Under the pieces are notes generated by a model. It worked only from the letters and a program-made list of their open reading frames with translations, was not told the DNA's origin and ran no database searches. The translations under genes were made by a program, and so were the position numbers. A DNA stretch of 63,734 bases, the filler included, from Octopus bimaculoides (Eukaryota): assembly GCF_001194135.2 (NCBI RefSeq). It is 7 parts of 7 records of this genome, joined end to end, with 100 filler letters (N's around TTAATTAATTAA, not from the genome) between each part and the next. Parts side by side here need not be neighbours in the genome. Positions count along the whole stretch, not along the records: positions 21,803 to 41,734 come from NC_068987.1; positions 41,835 to 52,562 come from NC_068986.1; 5 more parts are not named here. One strand, 5' to 3'. Positions 38,365 through 50,189 of this stretch are shown in pieces; the stretch's first letter is position 1, and every line of letters starts with the position of its first letter.

Positions 38365-38705
38365 GCACCGCAAGCCCTAGCCCTTGTGGTGTGGTGACTT
38401 GTGTATCTCACTGGCCCTTAGAGGTATGCCAGAGGAACACAGCCTTCTGGTAGGACCTTTTCTGCTGGGCAAGCCAAAGGTTAGAACCGAGGCTAACATT
38501 GACCAGTTTTCCCGTATGTAAAAATAGGTTTCAGTGAGATCGACACCCCTACTTAGAAAAACTCAAAATTGTAGAAGCATTGATGATAATTCATAGCCAA
38601 GACCTGGGAGAGGAAGCAGAAAGGACACCCCAGATTCCAGAACCGTGGAGAAAAGTCACCAATGGCCTGTGCTTCATACGGAGCGAAAGGCTTAAGTAGT
38701 AAGTA
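38365..38705 (+). mobile_element. Short non-autonomous RTE-derived element (5' UTR-like part joined to 3' tail)
   Basis: 5' part resembles 1690-1900; ends 'tggcctgtgcttcatacggagcgaaaggcttaagtagtaagtaa', like RTE 3' tails. Confidence 0.5.
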
Positions 38706-39319
38706 ATACACAAAAGATAATTTGTCAACCCATGGCATTTACATCTAAGTAAGGTTTCATTTAGACTAAGTGTAGTCTTGTTTAACATTTTGGTTAAATT
38801 ACGAGCGTGTTAAACGCGACGATACTTAGTCTGGCGTTAGGTCAGGAAGAAAAGAAGAGTAACGACAGAGAGAATTTCCTTTAAACATTCCTTTTTCTAT
38901 AGGAACAGGACTAGTTTTTATAATTTCGTCTGTCACCTCTATCTGCGGAATTGTTTTCCTTTTAGTCATGACATATTAACGAATCTGTTGACTATTGTCG
39001 CGACGTTGCTCACTGCAAACGGTATTAGGATCTACGTGTGGAAGGCACTGTGGAAAGCTTTCTATTAGCCATTGCATACCGTGCTCATATTTTCCTTTTT
39101 TTTGTGTTCACAATCTTTTATTATAGCTTTGCCGATGATTCATTGATCTTTCCAACCACATAAGACTTTGTAGCAGTGCTGCTACTCTTCATGAAGCAGG
39201 CTTTTCCTTTCATTCTTTCTTTTTTTGTTTACTGCTTTTCAGTCACTGCAACATTATGGCAGCGATCTGGTTGAATCGTTAGAACAATATTATGGCGATG
39301 ATATTTGTAGATTTAGCAT

Positions 39320-39492
39320 GTAGTAAAAATGCTTAGTGGCGTTTCTTCCTCACACCGAGATCAACTTTGCCTTTCTTCCTTTCGGGTTTGGATAAAATAA
39401 AGTACCAATCAAGTATTGGGTCGATTTCGTCGATGTGGTTGACTAGCTCCCTTCCTTAAAACTTGCCGGCCTTGTGTCAAAATTAAAAAGAA
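39320..39492 (+). mobile_element. SINE family C, degenerate
   Basis: 'caactttgcctttcttcctttcggg..ataaaataaaagtacca...ggccttgtgtcaaaatta'. Confidence 0.7.
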
Positions 39493-39725
39493 TTAGATAG
39501 TATAGCAGTTAAGACTTTTATGCTAGAGGAAAGCAGATTATGGCATTGCAGTTTGTTGTGTTTTGATCCTGGAAATTAAAGGTAGTTAGTTCTACTATTA
39601 GCATATATAAAACCGGGATTGGGAAATTATTGTTGAATTGTTTCATTGAATATTTTACTTACCCCGTGAGAGCAGCAATTGATTGGCCCATTTCCTTCAA
39701 ACATTGGCATTATGTTGTGATACTC

Positions 39726-40385
39726 ACTTCCCAAGGGTCCCAAGCGTTCAAACGACATCGAAGCCAGAACGTCATGGGGTTGGGTTACACAGCAAACATT
39801 TTTTGTACCCTCACAGCCATAACTTCTTGAGAAATTCTGCAAAACATTCGTGTCGATTATATTTTAAGCTTTTACAGTCCAACTTCCCTTTTATTGCATC
39901 CTGTAACGGTCTCCGTTTACCAAATTTCATACGCGAGGCTTCGATCGATCTAAGACAACAGAGAAAAAACGTGCCAGGGTTCCGAGCGCGCAAGGGACAT
40001 CGTGCCCAGAACCACATGACTGCGTAACAAACTTCTTCAGTACTCGCACAACAATAACTATGATTACTGTAGAACATAATTTTCAAGGAAAACATATTAG
40101 AAATCGAATAATTTAAAAGAAAACAGTAACAACAGAAATTTTTCAAAACTTCCACACAGTCTTCGTTTACCAAATTTCATTCTCAAGACTTCGGTCGATC
40201 TAAGGTTGGAGACAAAAAATACTTGCCCAGGGTTCTGAGCGTGCAAGTGACATCGAACCCAGACGGTTACGGGGATGGATTACATAGCAAACTTCTTCCG
40301 TGTCCTCACATACATGATATATTTATTGTAGAACATAATTTTCGAGGAAAAAAATGTATTAGAAACCGAACAATAATTTTTTTTT
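39726..40385 (-). repeat. About 2.7 diverged tandem units (~250 bp) built on a family A-like SINE head
   Basis: 'tttaccaaatttcat' at 39916 and 40166; 'cccagggtt..gagcg..caa..gacatcg...ccaga' three times; aligns to the family A head. Confidence 0.7.
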
Positions 40386-40766
40386 TAAACATACAAATAC
40401 AATAGCAACCGCAATAAAATACAGACCTAGAACTATTGAGCCAGCCAATCGATTTCTTGTGTAATTTATTGAAACTGAAAAGTGTCGACTAGTAAAATCA
40501 TCAAACAACGTCTGGGCCAAAATGAAAACGGAAATTAGTTTGCTTTGGCGTGGCCTTGTCTTTTTTCCTTCGTGTTCACTGTAATTGCCGGTCATAAAAC
40601 TTCATCATATATGACGACATCTATTGATTGCTTGGGACGAACGAAACTTTAAGTAGCAATAATTATATATAGGTATGTGCGAGTTTCTGTGTATTTGTAG
40701 ATATGAGTCTATATGTGGATGTGTATACTCGAATATATATGTAGGTAGAGAGGTAGGTAGGTAAAT

Positions 40767-40823
<57 letters not shown>

Positions 40824-40971
40824 CATACATACATACATACATACATACATACATACATACATACATACATACATACATACATGCATACATACATATATAT
40901 ATATATATAAATTTTCAGAATGAGATAAAAATGGAAGGCTGTGAAAGATTTTAGAACATTTATAAATAGAA

Positions 40972-41020
40972 GGTCTTTCAGCTGTTTCCGGGATATTTTA
41001 TATATCCCTTCATCGGAGTC
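40972..41020 (-). ncRNA. Degenerate hammerhead-like motif of a second family
   Basis: Minus strand: GACU-CCGAUGA-A-GGGAUA(UAUAAAA)UAUCCC-G-GAAA-CAGCUG-AA-AGACC; U4C variant, cleavage-site U missing. Confidence 0.4.
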
Positions 41021-41444
41021 GATATGAAATAGAGAATGAAGTAGAAGAATGAAAATAGACGTGAGATATGCAAGGATATTGCATCTGTAGATCCATTTTT
41101 ATTTTTTTTATATATATACACATGCTGATATATAACCTACGTTGGACTCCTCATTCGCATAATCACCGAACCTGGAGCTTAACTATAGTCTATCCATAGC
41201 ACTTACTCAGCATTACCTGACACCTGACACCTTTGGGTCTTATTGACACCATTACCTCTCATAACGTGTATATGTATATATATATAAATTTAAGAAAAGA
41301 TTATATACGGTATTCAGCACCCCACATTTTAAATTAATTACCCAGTTCATGGCTTTGACTCCTTGAAATATTTTCCTCAACTTTTTCAATATCTAATCAT
41401 GCAAATTATCCCAAAGCACCTATTATTTTTTTTATCTCCTAAGT

Positions 41445-41560
41445 ACAGGAATGGTTATGTGGTTAAAATGCTTGCTTTGCAACCACGTAGTTTCGGGTTC
41501 ATCCCCACTGCAAGTACCTTCTAATACAGCTCTGAGCTGTTGACCAATGGCCTTTGAGTA
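41445..41560 (+). mobile_element. SINE family A head fragment
   Basis: 'ggaatggttatgtggttaaaatgcttgctttgcaaccacgtagtttcgggttcatccccactg'. Confidence 0.65.
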
Positions 41561-41734
41561 AATCTAGAAGTACCAACATTTCTTACTTCCTACAATGACC
41601 ATAGCGGTCATTTTTGACCGGCATTGGAAATCTTTATTTAATACTATTTTAAATAAGTGAATGAAGGATTTAAAAATACAGTCTTTTAGCATTTATTTAC
41701 ATACAATATATGTATATATATATATATATATATA

Positions 41735-41834
41735 NNNNNNNNNNNNNNNNNNNNNNNNNNNNNNNNNNNNNNNNNNNNTTAATTAATTAANNNNNNNNNN
41801 NNNNNNNNNNNNNNNNNNNNNNNNNNNNNNNNNN
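41735..41834. other. Artificial contig-join spacer
   Basis: TTAATTAATTAA at 41779-41790. Confidence 0.95.
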
Positions 41835-41846
41835 ATATACATAGGT

Positions 41847-42581
41847 ATGAGGACATCTAGGGTGACCATTAATAATATTCCCCCTGAGGTGGATCCCGAG
41901 TGGCTTGTCGTGGTAGTGACGATGGGTCTAGAAGAGAAAATGACCATAGTAGACGCTGCCGTGATGCAGCCACGAAATTGGCACGGACAAAGTTTCCGAA
42001 TATTAATTCAAGCTGAACTGGCTACACTGGAAGAAATACCCGAAATTGTCGAGGTTGGTGAGACCTGTTTGGTAGTGATGGTGGAGGGTCGCCAGCCTCG
42101 ATGCTTCCAGTGTGGCAAGAAGGGCCACCTCAGGGCGGATTGTAAGCCGAAAGAAAAGGAGCCCGAGAAGCAGAAAGAGGCGACAGAGCAAAAACCAGCG
42201 ACAACAGAGAGCGAATTAGCAGTGACATCGCAAGAAACACCAATACCGGAAGACAAAGAAGGGGTGGGATGGTCTCTTGTACAGAACAAGAGGAAAAGGA
42301 AGCCACCCTCCCCTGAAAAAGGAAAAACAGAACAAAGAAAATTGAAAAAGGCAAGAAAGCCAGACATGCAAAAAGAAAAGGACAGTTGCTATATGGCGTT
42401 TCGCGTCTCAAATAGAGACCTGGCGAACCGCCTAGCAACTATCCACGCTGAACAAGTGGAGACTGAGGAAAAACAAGCCGGTTATGAGATTTACATGATA
42501 AACAACAAAATGTATAACATAGTCTCAAATGACTTTAGAAAAGATGTTGGCCCTCTTCGATATTACCTCAAATATATATGA
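41847..42581 (+). CDS. Tx1 copy 2 ORF1 C-terminal part, open 244 aa, zinc knuckle CFQCGKKGHLRADC
   Basis: ORF track; homologous to copy 1 ORF1. Confidence 0.8.
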   Translation: MRTSRVTINNIPPEVDPEWLVVVVTMGLEEKMTIVDAAVMQPRNWHGQSFRILIQAELATLEEIPEIVEVGETCLVVMVEGRQPRCFQCGKKGHLRADCKPKEKEPEKQKEATEQKPATTESELAVTSQETPIPEDKEGVGWSLVQNKRKRKPPSPEKGKTEQRKLKKARKPDMQKEKDSCYMAFRVSNRDLANRLATIHAEQVETEEKQAGYEIYMINNKMYNIVSNDFRKDVGPLRYYLKYI

Positions 42582-42672
42582 GGGCCTCATCTTTCTGACG
42601 CCACGAGCCCGGAAAAAAGAAGAGGCGGATTCCCCAACGCCTCCAGACACCGATTAAACGGTAAGTCCTTTT

Positions 42673-45600
42673 ATGGCTGTTCATGTAGTATGCTTAAATG
42701 TGCGTGGCCTGGCGTCGAGCTGGGAACAATGACGTTTCCTAAATGACGTCAGGTCACAATGTTTAGATGTTGTTGTTGCTACTGAAACTCGGTTAAAAGG
42801 GCCAAGAAATCTTCTCCCGCTCCTGAAAGGCTACGAGAAATCCATTTCTCCAGGCCCGCTCGAGGGCGGGGGTGTTGGTCCTACTTAACAGAAACTGAGT
42901 TTCGGAGATAAAGTTAATTTTTTCTGATCCAGAATGTAGGCTGGTCGTTTTAGATCTGACGTTCAGTTGTGGTAATGAAATCAGGCTGGTTGCTGCTTAT
43001 GCACCTAATTCGAGTCAGACTGATTATTATCGAGAGTTGGAGAAGTTTCTAGGCACATCACATTCATTAGTTGTGTTAGGAGACTTTAACACTATTCTCG
43101 ATGCGCGCGTGGATTGTATTGGCTCAAATTCTAATAGGAGACCTAATATTAGCTTCCGGGATCTACTAAGTCACTTTCAGCTAGTAGATCCCTACAGACT
43201 AGAATTCCCGGACGTTCCATTGTGGACATGGTCAAATAGCGACGGGTCTTCTAGGTCTTATATAGATAGGATTTTTATTAGAAAACTAGATAAAGATATA
43301 TTTAAGTGTCCACAACATCACCTGGTCAGTTACAGTGACCACAAGATGGTCACTTGTAAACAATACCTAGATAAGTTACGTAGTAAGGGATCCGGCTACT
43401 GGAAACTCAATAAGTCCCTTTTGGCGATTGAGGAGCCGGATTAAGTTATTAATACAGAGGGCGATGACCGGTTCCATTATTAACAACAAATGGTGGTACG
43501 CCCTCAAAAGAGCCATTAAATTTGAGTCTATCAGATATAGTGCAGATTTAGGGGCTAGAGGGCGTATGAGGGAAATAGAATTAGTTAAGGCCCTAGAGGA
43601 AGCCATGAGAACTGGCGACGCATCTCAGGCGAAGGTGAAGAGACTGGAGTTAAACCAGCACCTCGAAGCCAAGCACATGGGGTGTATCATCAGAGCTTGA
43701 CTTCGTGCAATGGGGAGCTAGGGAATCAGGGCCGCTGGATGGGCGCGTGTTGTGGAGGCTCAACGTGGAAACGATTCCATAATTCGATCTTTGGTGAATT
43801 CACAAGGTAAGTTGATAAACGAACCTGAAGAGATGTGTCGGACTTTTCAGGAGCACTTCGCCCAGCTTTTCGAGGCGAGCGATGGACCGGATAGTAGGAC
43901 AGACCTTACGGACTTCCACGCCGGGCCGCCGCGTCTCTCGGGGCAGGATGCGGAGAGCTGTGAAGGGTCGATCACACCTGACGAAGTGATTGAGGCTATA
44001 GCGGACTGCGGCGGTGGTAAGGAGCCGGGACTCGATGGTGTACTATACGAGCTATATAAAAGTATTTTCAGACTTGTTCGGGCACGTACTGGCTAGCGTT
44101 TACGTGAACTGGCAACAGAATGGGTGGATTCCCAGATCTGTGCGCCGGGGAGTGGTGACGCTGTCAGGAAGGACTCGGACAAGGGGGATAGGATAGATAA
44201 TTTTAGGCCCATCACTCTGCTGAACGCAGAGATGAAGATTTTGGCCAAGGTGCTAGCAAAAAGATTGACACGTGTCGCGGATAGCCTGATCGGGGAGGCA
44301 GAAACTTGTGCGGTCCCCAGCAGAACCATCCAGGATAATCTTCATCTTATACGCTACACTGTAGAAGGGTATGGTAATGATTCTGGCAAGGGCGGGGCAC
44401 TTGTCTATTTAGACCAAGCTAAAGCATTCGATATGGTAGACCATCGTTACCTGGTTTCTATACTCGCGGAGTTCGGACTAGGTCTTGGTTTCCTCAGGTG
44501 ATCATATAGTTGTACAACAACATCGACTCGATCGTTCGGGTGAACAGCTTTTTCTCAAAGCCGTTCTGCATCAAGCTGTCGGTTCGCCAAGAGTGTCCAC
44601 TCTCTTCGCTTTTGTATGTAATAGCCCTCGAGCTATTGCTGAGAAAGCTGAGTGGCATTCCGACGTATCCAGGAGGTGGAGGATCGGTTACAGCGTACGC
44701 GGACGACATCACTATCTTCGTGACCAAGATCGAACACCTACAGAAAGTAGGCGAAACCATCTTGGTTTACGGGACGGTGGCAGGAGCAAAAATTAACCGG
44801 AAAAAACCGGTCGGCTTGCAACTCGGCACCTGGAGGGGCAAGTCGATGCCTTGGAATAGTGTCGTGGGACGCTGGATGGAGGGCCCGGTTAAGTTGCTAG
44901 GAATNNNNNNNNNNTAGTGTCGTGGGACGCTGGATGGAGGGCCCGGTTAAGTTGCTAGGAATCTGGTTTGGCCCAGATCTCCAGATAGAAAAGAACTGGT
45001 CCGAGGTATCGGGTAAGGTGACCCACATAGTCAAAACCTGATCTTGGCGGTGGCTATCCTTGAAAGGGAGGACGGAGGTAGCCAATGTGTTTATTGCATC
45101 AGTCATCGTTTACCGCCTAAACGTCGTTCCTTGTCCAGACTCGTGGTTGAGCATGTTGAAGAGGCTAATCTTCCGCTTTTTGTGGAAGAACTCTGCTCCA
45201 CTTGCAAGACGTTCTATTTGTTGTCAAAAGCCGTAAAAGGGTGGGTTAGGGATGCCTTAGCTGTTGATGTGCAAACATGCGCTGAGATTGAGGCACCTCT
45301 CGCTCCACCTAGATGGTGAACGGGTGTGGTCTCCGCTCACTAGACTGATGTTCCTCAAATTACTAGTTTTGGTGGTAGAGAAAACTGGTTTCGTCGAAGA
45401 TCGAAGTTGGGTACCTGGTACACGGAGTGCCGCAAGGCTCTTCTCCAGTTCCGCAACTCGGGCAACGCCAGCGGTTTCGGTACCACCGCGGCTTACTATA
45501 GTAAGTTAGTAGAGGCTGAAAATGATGATGTCCTGGGAAGGACCCTGAGTCTAGATGATAATCAGTTAGATAGCCTGTTCCGAAGAATTTTCGAGCCGAA

Positions 45601-46069
45601 GACACTGGATAACTTCCAAACGTCTTTGGCTTAGCAGTGTTACCGAGGAGATAAGCTCACCAGACCCCGCCATCCTGGGCCGTTGGCTTCTCCAAGATGC
45701 GGGCGGGACGTGGAAACCGTCCTGCACACTATTGTTCAGTATCCGGGTGTGTTAGAGGTGTGGACTTAAGAAGAACACTTGTTGTGAGATGGAAGAAGAA
45801 TACAGCTGTATTTCCTGATGGAAGAAGGTAAGAATTGTTTTCTCGTAATAGTAGCAATTGCGAGAGAGGTGGTATGGAAGTCGAGAATGAAAGGTATTAT
45901 CACAGACAACTTCGATACCGGCCTCGCACTGGTGAATGTCTTCACCTTTCTCCTGAAAAGGAAAGTGGGGCTGGAAAGGAGGTGTCTGTCAGTGAGTATT
46001 GTACAAAAAAAGATGGACGCGTGTAGCACGTATGCTGGGAGTGAAAGGCCCTGCGTGAGCACGCCATAG
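42673..46069 (+). pseudogene. Tx1 copy 2 ORF2 (APE + RT), disrupted
   Basis: ATG at 42673 ('MAVHVVCLNVRGL'); pieces 43037-43444, 43428-43700, 43752-44096, 44124-44501, 44510-44917, 45818-46069. Confidence 0.9.
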
Positions 46070-46288
46070 GGATTACCAAAGTGTTGGTGGAGAAGACAGG
46101 GCTCGTGGGGTCGGAGCTTACCTGTTTTTAAAACCTCATTTTGTTAAATTATTGTGTATAATTGTTTTTGTGTCTCATTCGTTTATATTATCATTGTCAT
46201 TTTAAATTTTTATAAACATACGTTTGTGAATGACCCCAAATCATATTGTATTGTCCCCTCTGTGTGTTCCCTTGTGGGGGAAAAAAAA

Positions 46289-47045
46289 ACAACGAAACGT
46301 TTGATGAGGAAATGACTAGTGAGTGATCAGCTCGAAAATAGATTAGACGATCTCGCAGTGGAGACCTAAGCTTTGAAGATCGTGAGCGTAGTGGACGCCC
46401 GTCTGTCATTGATGACGGTCACTTAAATACCGTCATTGAAAAAGATCCACGTAAAACCACTCGAGAACTGGCAAAAAAGTTCAAGTTAGCAAGAAAACTG
46501 CCTGCAACCATTTGCATGCGATCGGAAAATCAAAAAAGCTCGACAAATGAGTACAACACGATTTGAATGAAAATTAGAAATTGTACAGATATGAAATTTG
46601 CTCGTCGCTTCTTCTCCATAACCAGACAGATCCATTTCTCGACCGTATTGTAATTTGCGATGAAAAGTGGATTCCGTACAATAATGGAAAACGCTCTTCG
46701 TAGTGGTTGGACCAAAATGAAGCACTGAAAGCCTTTCCTAAACCCGAACTCTTCAAAAAGAAGGTTATAGTGACTGTTTAGTGGTGTACTGCTGGACTCA
46801 TCCACTATAACTTCTTAAAACCCGGAAAAACCATTACTGCCGAAACATATTGCCATCAAATTGTCAAAATGAACGAAAAACTGCTACTCCGCCATCCCAG
46901 ACTGGTCAACAGAAGAGGGCCACTCATTCTCCATGACAATGCTCGACAACAAGTTTCCCTAATAACGCTCCAGAAGTTGAGGGAACTTCGCTACGAAGTT
47001 ATTCCCCAGACCTTCCACCTACCGTCTACCACTCTTCAAAACTTG
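46289..47045 (+). pseudogene. Mariner transposase pseudogene (HTH and catalytic domain), truncated at both ends
   Basis: Translation gives 'RSGDLSFEDRERSGRP', 'DPRKTTRELA', 'FLDRIVICDEKWIPYNN', 'ILHDNAR'; PYSPD region deleted; many stops. Confidence 0.9.
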
Positions 47046-47166
47046 CACTCTTCAAAACTTGCACTAAGAATAAGGTCAAGGTAAAATTATTACACGCTTT
47101 CTTCAAAACTTGCACTCTTCAAAACTTGCACTAAGAATAAGGTCAAGGTAAAATTACTACATGCTT
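47032..47166. repeat. 67-bp tandem duplication with an inner 16-bp doublet
   Basis: 'cttcaaaacttgcactcttcaaaacttgcactaagaataaggtcaaggtaaaatta' at 47034 and 47101. Confidence 0.9.
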
Positions 47167-47329
47167 TTATGGCAAGTTCATGCAGGTAGTTTATCCCGTC
47201 CCACTCCAACAAAATCGCATTATTTATGGGATGACCCAATATGTTAGCAACAGAGGCAGTTTTAATACCAAAAGGTGATATTTATCCTCATTTAAATGTT
47301 GAACATCATTGACATGACCAAGGAAGGTC

Positions 47330-47640
47330 AAAAGCATACGATCTGGTGGTTTCGGCTCAGGAGGTGGCAGGAATTTATTTCCCTGCAGGTGATGTAAATA
47401 AGAGTGTCTTTTGCACCAAGAGCCAATATGAGAGTTTTTATCCACATTCAAGTGGAGACAGATATTACTTTAGATATGGTGGAAGTAATTTCATTGGCAC
47501 GAACCGCATTTGTTAATCAAATCAAGATGTGCGCATGTAGAAGTTCTCTTTCTTCATGGTGTAGCGGAAGGAGACATCATTTATAGCAAATTGTGACATA
47601 AAACATTACATTTATTGGCGACTGAAATTCCAACTTGTAA
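47330..47640 (-). pseudogene. Possible Helitron Rep (HUH) remnant
   Basis: Minus strand 'ERELLHAHILI*L..VRANEI..TIS' resembles 'QKRGLPHAHILIWL..I.P.QID..IS'; heavily decayed. Confidence 0.35.
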
Positions 47641-47979
47641 GCATGAAATTTAAGTGAATTAAAATCAGTTGATATGAGAAGTTTTAACAGGCGTGCATAG
47701 CAACATTATCGGAGAAAGCGAAAGAGGTAATGACTCAAACTGACCTGGCTTTCCATGAGAATCAGGAAAATAGGTTCTAAGGGTAAAACATGCATTCAGC
47801 ATTGTGATGACACTGGAGGAGGCGATAACTACATATAAAAGAAGGCGAGGAGAACTTATACACAAATATGCGCGCGTGTATGTATGTGTGTGTACGTGCG
47901 TGCGTGTGTGAGTGTATCTGTGCATGTGTGCGTGTGTTCGTGCATGCATACATATGCGTGAATGAGCCTTTATGTATAA

Positions 47980-48011
<32 letters not shown>

Positions 48012-49099
48012 NNNNNNNNNNNNNNNNNNNNNNNNNNNNNNNNNNNNNNNNNNNNNNNNNNNNNNNNNNNNNNNNNNNNNNNNNNNNNNNNNNNNNNNNN
48101 NNNNNNNNNNNNNNNNNNNNNNNNNNNNNNNNNNNNNNNNNNNNNNNNNNNNNNNNNNNNNNNNNNNNNNNNNNNNNNNNNNNNNNNNNNNNNNNNNNNN
48201 NNNNNNNNNNNNNNNNNNNNNNNNNNNNNNNNNNNNNNNNNNNNNNNNNNNNNNNNNNNNNNNNNNNNNNNNNNNNNNNNNNNNNNNNNNNNNNNNNNNN
48301 NNNNNNNNNNNNNNNNNNNNNNNNNNNNNNNNNNNNNNNNNNNNNNNNNNNNNNNNNNNNNNNNNNNNNNNNNNNNNNNNNNNNNNNNNNNNNNNNNNNN
48401 NNNNNNNNNNNNNNNNNNNNNNNNNNNNNNNNNNNNNNNNNNNNNNNNNNNNNNNNNNNNNNNNNNNNNNNNNNNNNNNNNNNNNNNNNNNNNNNNNNNN
48501 NNNNNNNNNNNNNNNNNNNNNNNNNNNNNNNNNNNNNNNNNNNNNNNNNNNNNNNNNNNNNNNNNNNNNNNNNNNNNNNNNNNNNNNNNNNNNNNNNNNN
48601 NNNNNNNNNNNNNNNNNNNNNNNNNNNNNNNNNNNNNNNNNNNNNNNNNNNNNNNNNNNNNNNNNNNNNNNNNNNNNNNNNNNNNNNNNNNNNNNNNNNN
48701 NNNNNNNNNNNNNNNNNNNNNNNNNNNNNNNNNNNNNNNNNNNNNNNNNNNNNNNNNNNNNNNNNNNNNNNNNNNNNNNNNNNNNNNNNNNNNNNNNNNN
48801 NNNNNNNNNNNNNNNNNNNCTATGGCTAGTTTAGTTCGTTATTTTTCTTCTAGTTTTGCCTATGTGAGTTGCGGGTAACTGCTATCTGTTGGAGTTTCAG
48901 CATTTTTAGCTGCTTATTTCTGAACTTCGGTATACGGTGAAGCAACCTGTTGCTGAACCCTTAATTTTGTTTATAAATGTATAAGAACTTTTAAATAAGT
49001 TCCACACCGATAATGGTGCTTACATACCGAAGGGCTTGGTAAAAATTATTAATTTTTAATTTATTAATAAATTGATAATCTTTTACCCTTTTAATTGTA

Positions 49100-49150
<51 letters not shown>

Positions 49151-49209
49151 ATGTGTGTGCGCGTGTGCGTATGTACGTATGTGTGTTGTGTGTGTGTATC
49201 TTTCCTCGT

Positions 49210-49620
49210 TTCCTTGTTTAAGCCATTAAACTGCAGCCATGATGGTGCCTCGCCTTGAATGGTTTAATCGAATAAATCTACCACAGAACCTAGTTTTAAC
49301 TCCGGTATTTATTCTATCGGTTTGATTTGCTGAACGGGTGACGTAAATAACCCAACACCAGTTGTTATATGGTGGTGATAAGAACAAACTCAATGACAGA
49401 CATATATATATATGTATGTATGGTGGTGGGTGGTGTGTGTGTGTGTGTGTATGCGTGCATGTATGTATAGAAGATGGGCTTCTGCACAGTTTCTGTCTAC
49501 TAAATTCTCTTACAAGGCATTCATCGGTCGGAAGCTATACTAGAAGACGCTTGCCCACATTGTTGCGCAGTGAAACTGAAGCCGAAACCATGTTTGCCAA
49601 ACGAGCTTCTAACAGTCATG
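49210..49620 (-). mobile_element. SINE family A, diverged
   Basis: Tail, microsatellite linker and head ('agaagacgcttgcccaca...aaaccatgttt'). Confidence 0.75.
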
Positions 49621-50124
49621 TGTGTTCGTATGCGTGTGCATTTGCATGTGCATGCATGTGTGTGTGTGTGTGTGTGTNNNNNNNNNNNNNNNNNNNNNNN
49701 NNNNNNNNNNNNNNNNNNNNNNNNNNNNNNNNNNNNNNNNNNNNNNNNNNNNNNNNNNNNNNNNNNNNNNNNNNNNNNNNNNNNNNNNNNNNNNNNNNNN
49801 NNNNNNNNNNNNNNNNNNNNNNNNNNNNNNNNNNNNNNNNNNNNNNNNNNNNNNNNNNNNNNNNNNNNNNNNNNNNNNNNNNNNNNNNNNNNNNNNNNNN
49901 NNNNNNNNNNNNNNNNNNNNNNNNNNNNNNNNNNNNNNNNNNNNNNNNNNNNNNNNNNNNNNNNNNNNNNNNNNNNNNNNNNNNNNNNNNNNNNNNNNNN
50001 NNNNNNNNNNNNNNNNNNNNNNNNNNNNNNNNNNNNNNNNNNNNNNNNNNNNNNNNNNNNNNNNNNNNNNNNNNNNNNNNNNNNNNNNNNNNNNNNNNNN
50101 NNNNNNNNNNNNNNNNNNNNNNNN

Positions 50125-50189
<65 letters not shown>

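Larger units (their letters stand above)
41835..46288 (+). mobile_element. Tx1/L1-clade non-LTR retrotransposon, copy 2 (5' cut by contig end, 3' poly-A present)
   Basis: ORF1 with CCHC knuckle; ORF2 APE (ATETR, GDFN, SYIDRIF, SDH) and RT (FRPITLLN, LDQAKAFD, YADD); 3' UTR ends 'cccttgtgggggAAAAAAAAA'. Confidence 0.92.

Noticed and set aside
44857-44962. 48-bp direct repeat within Tx1 ORF2
   Set aside because: Identical sequence on both sides of a 10-N gap; an unmerged contig overlap.
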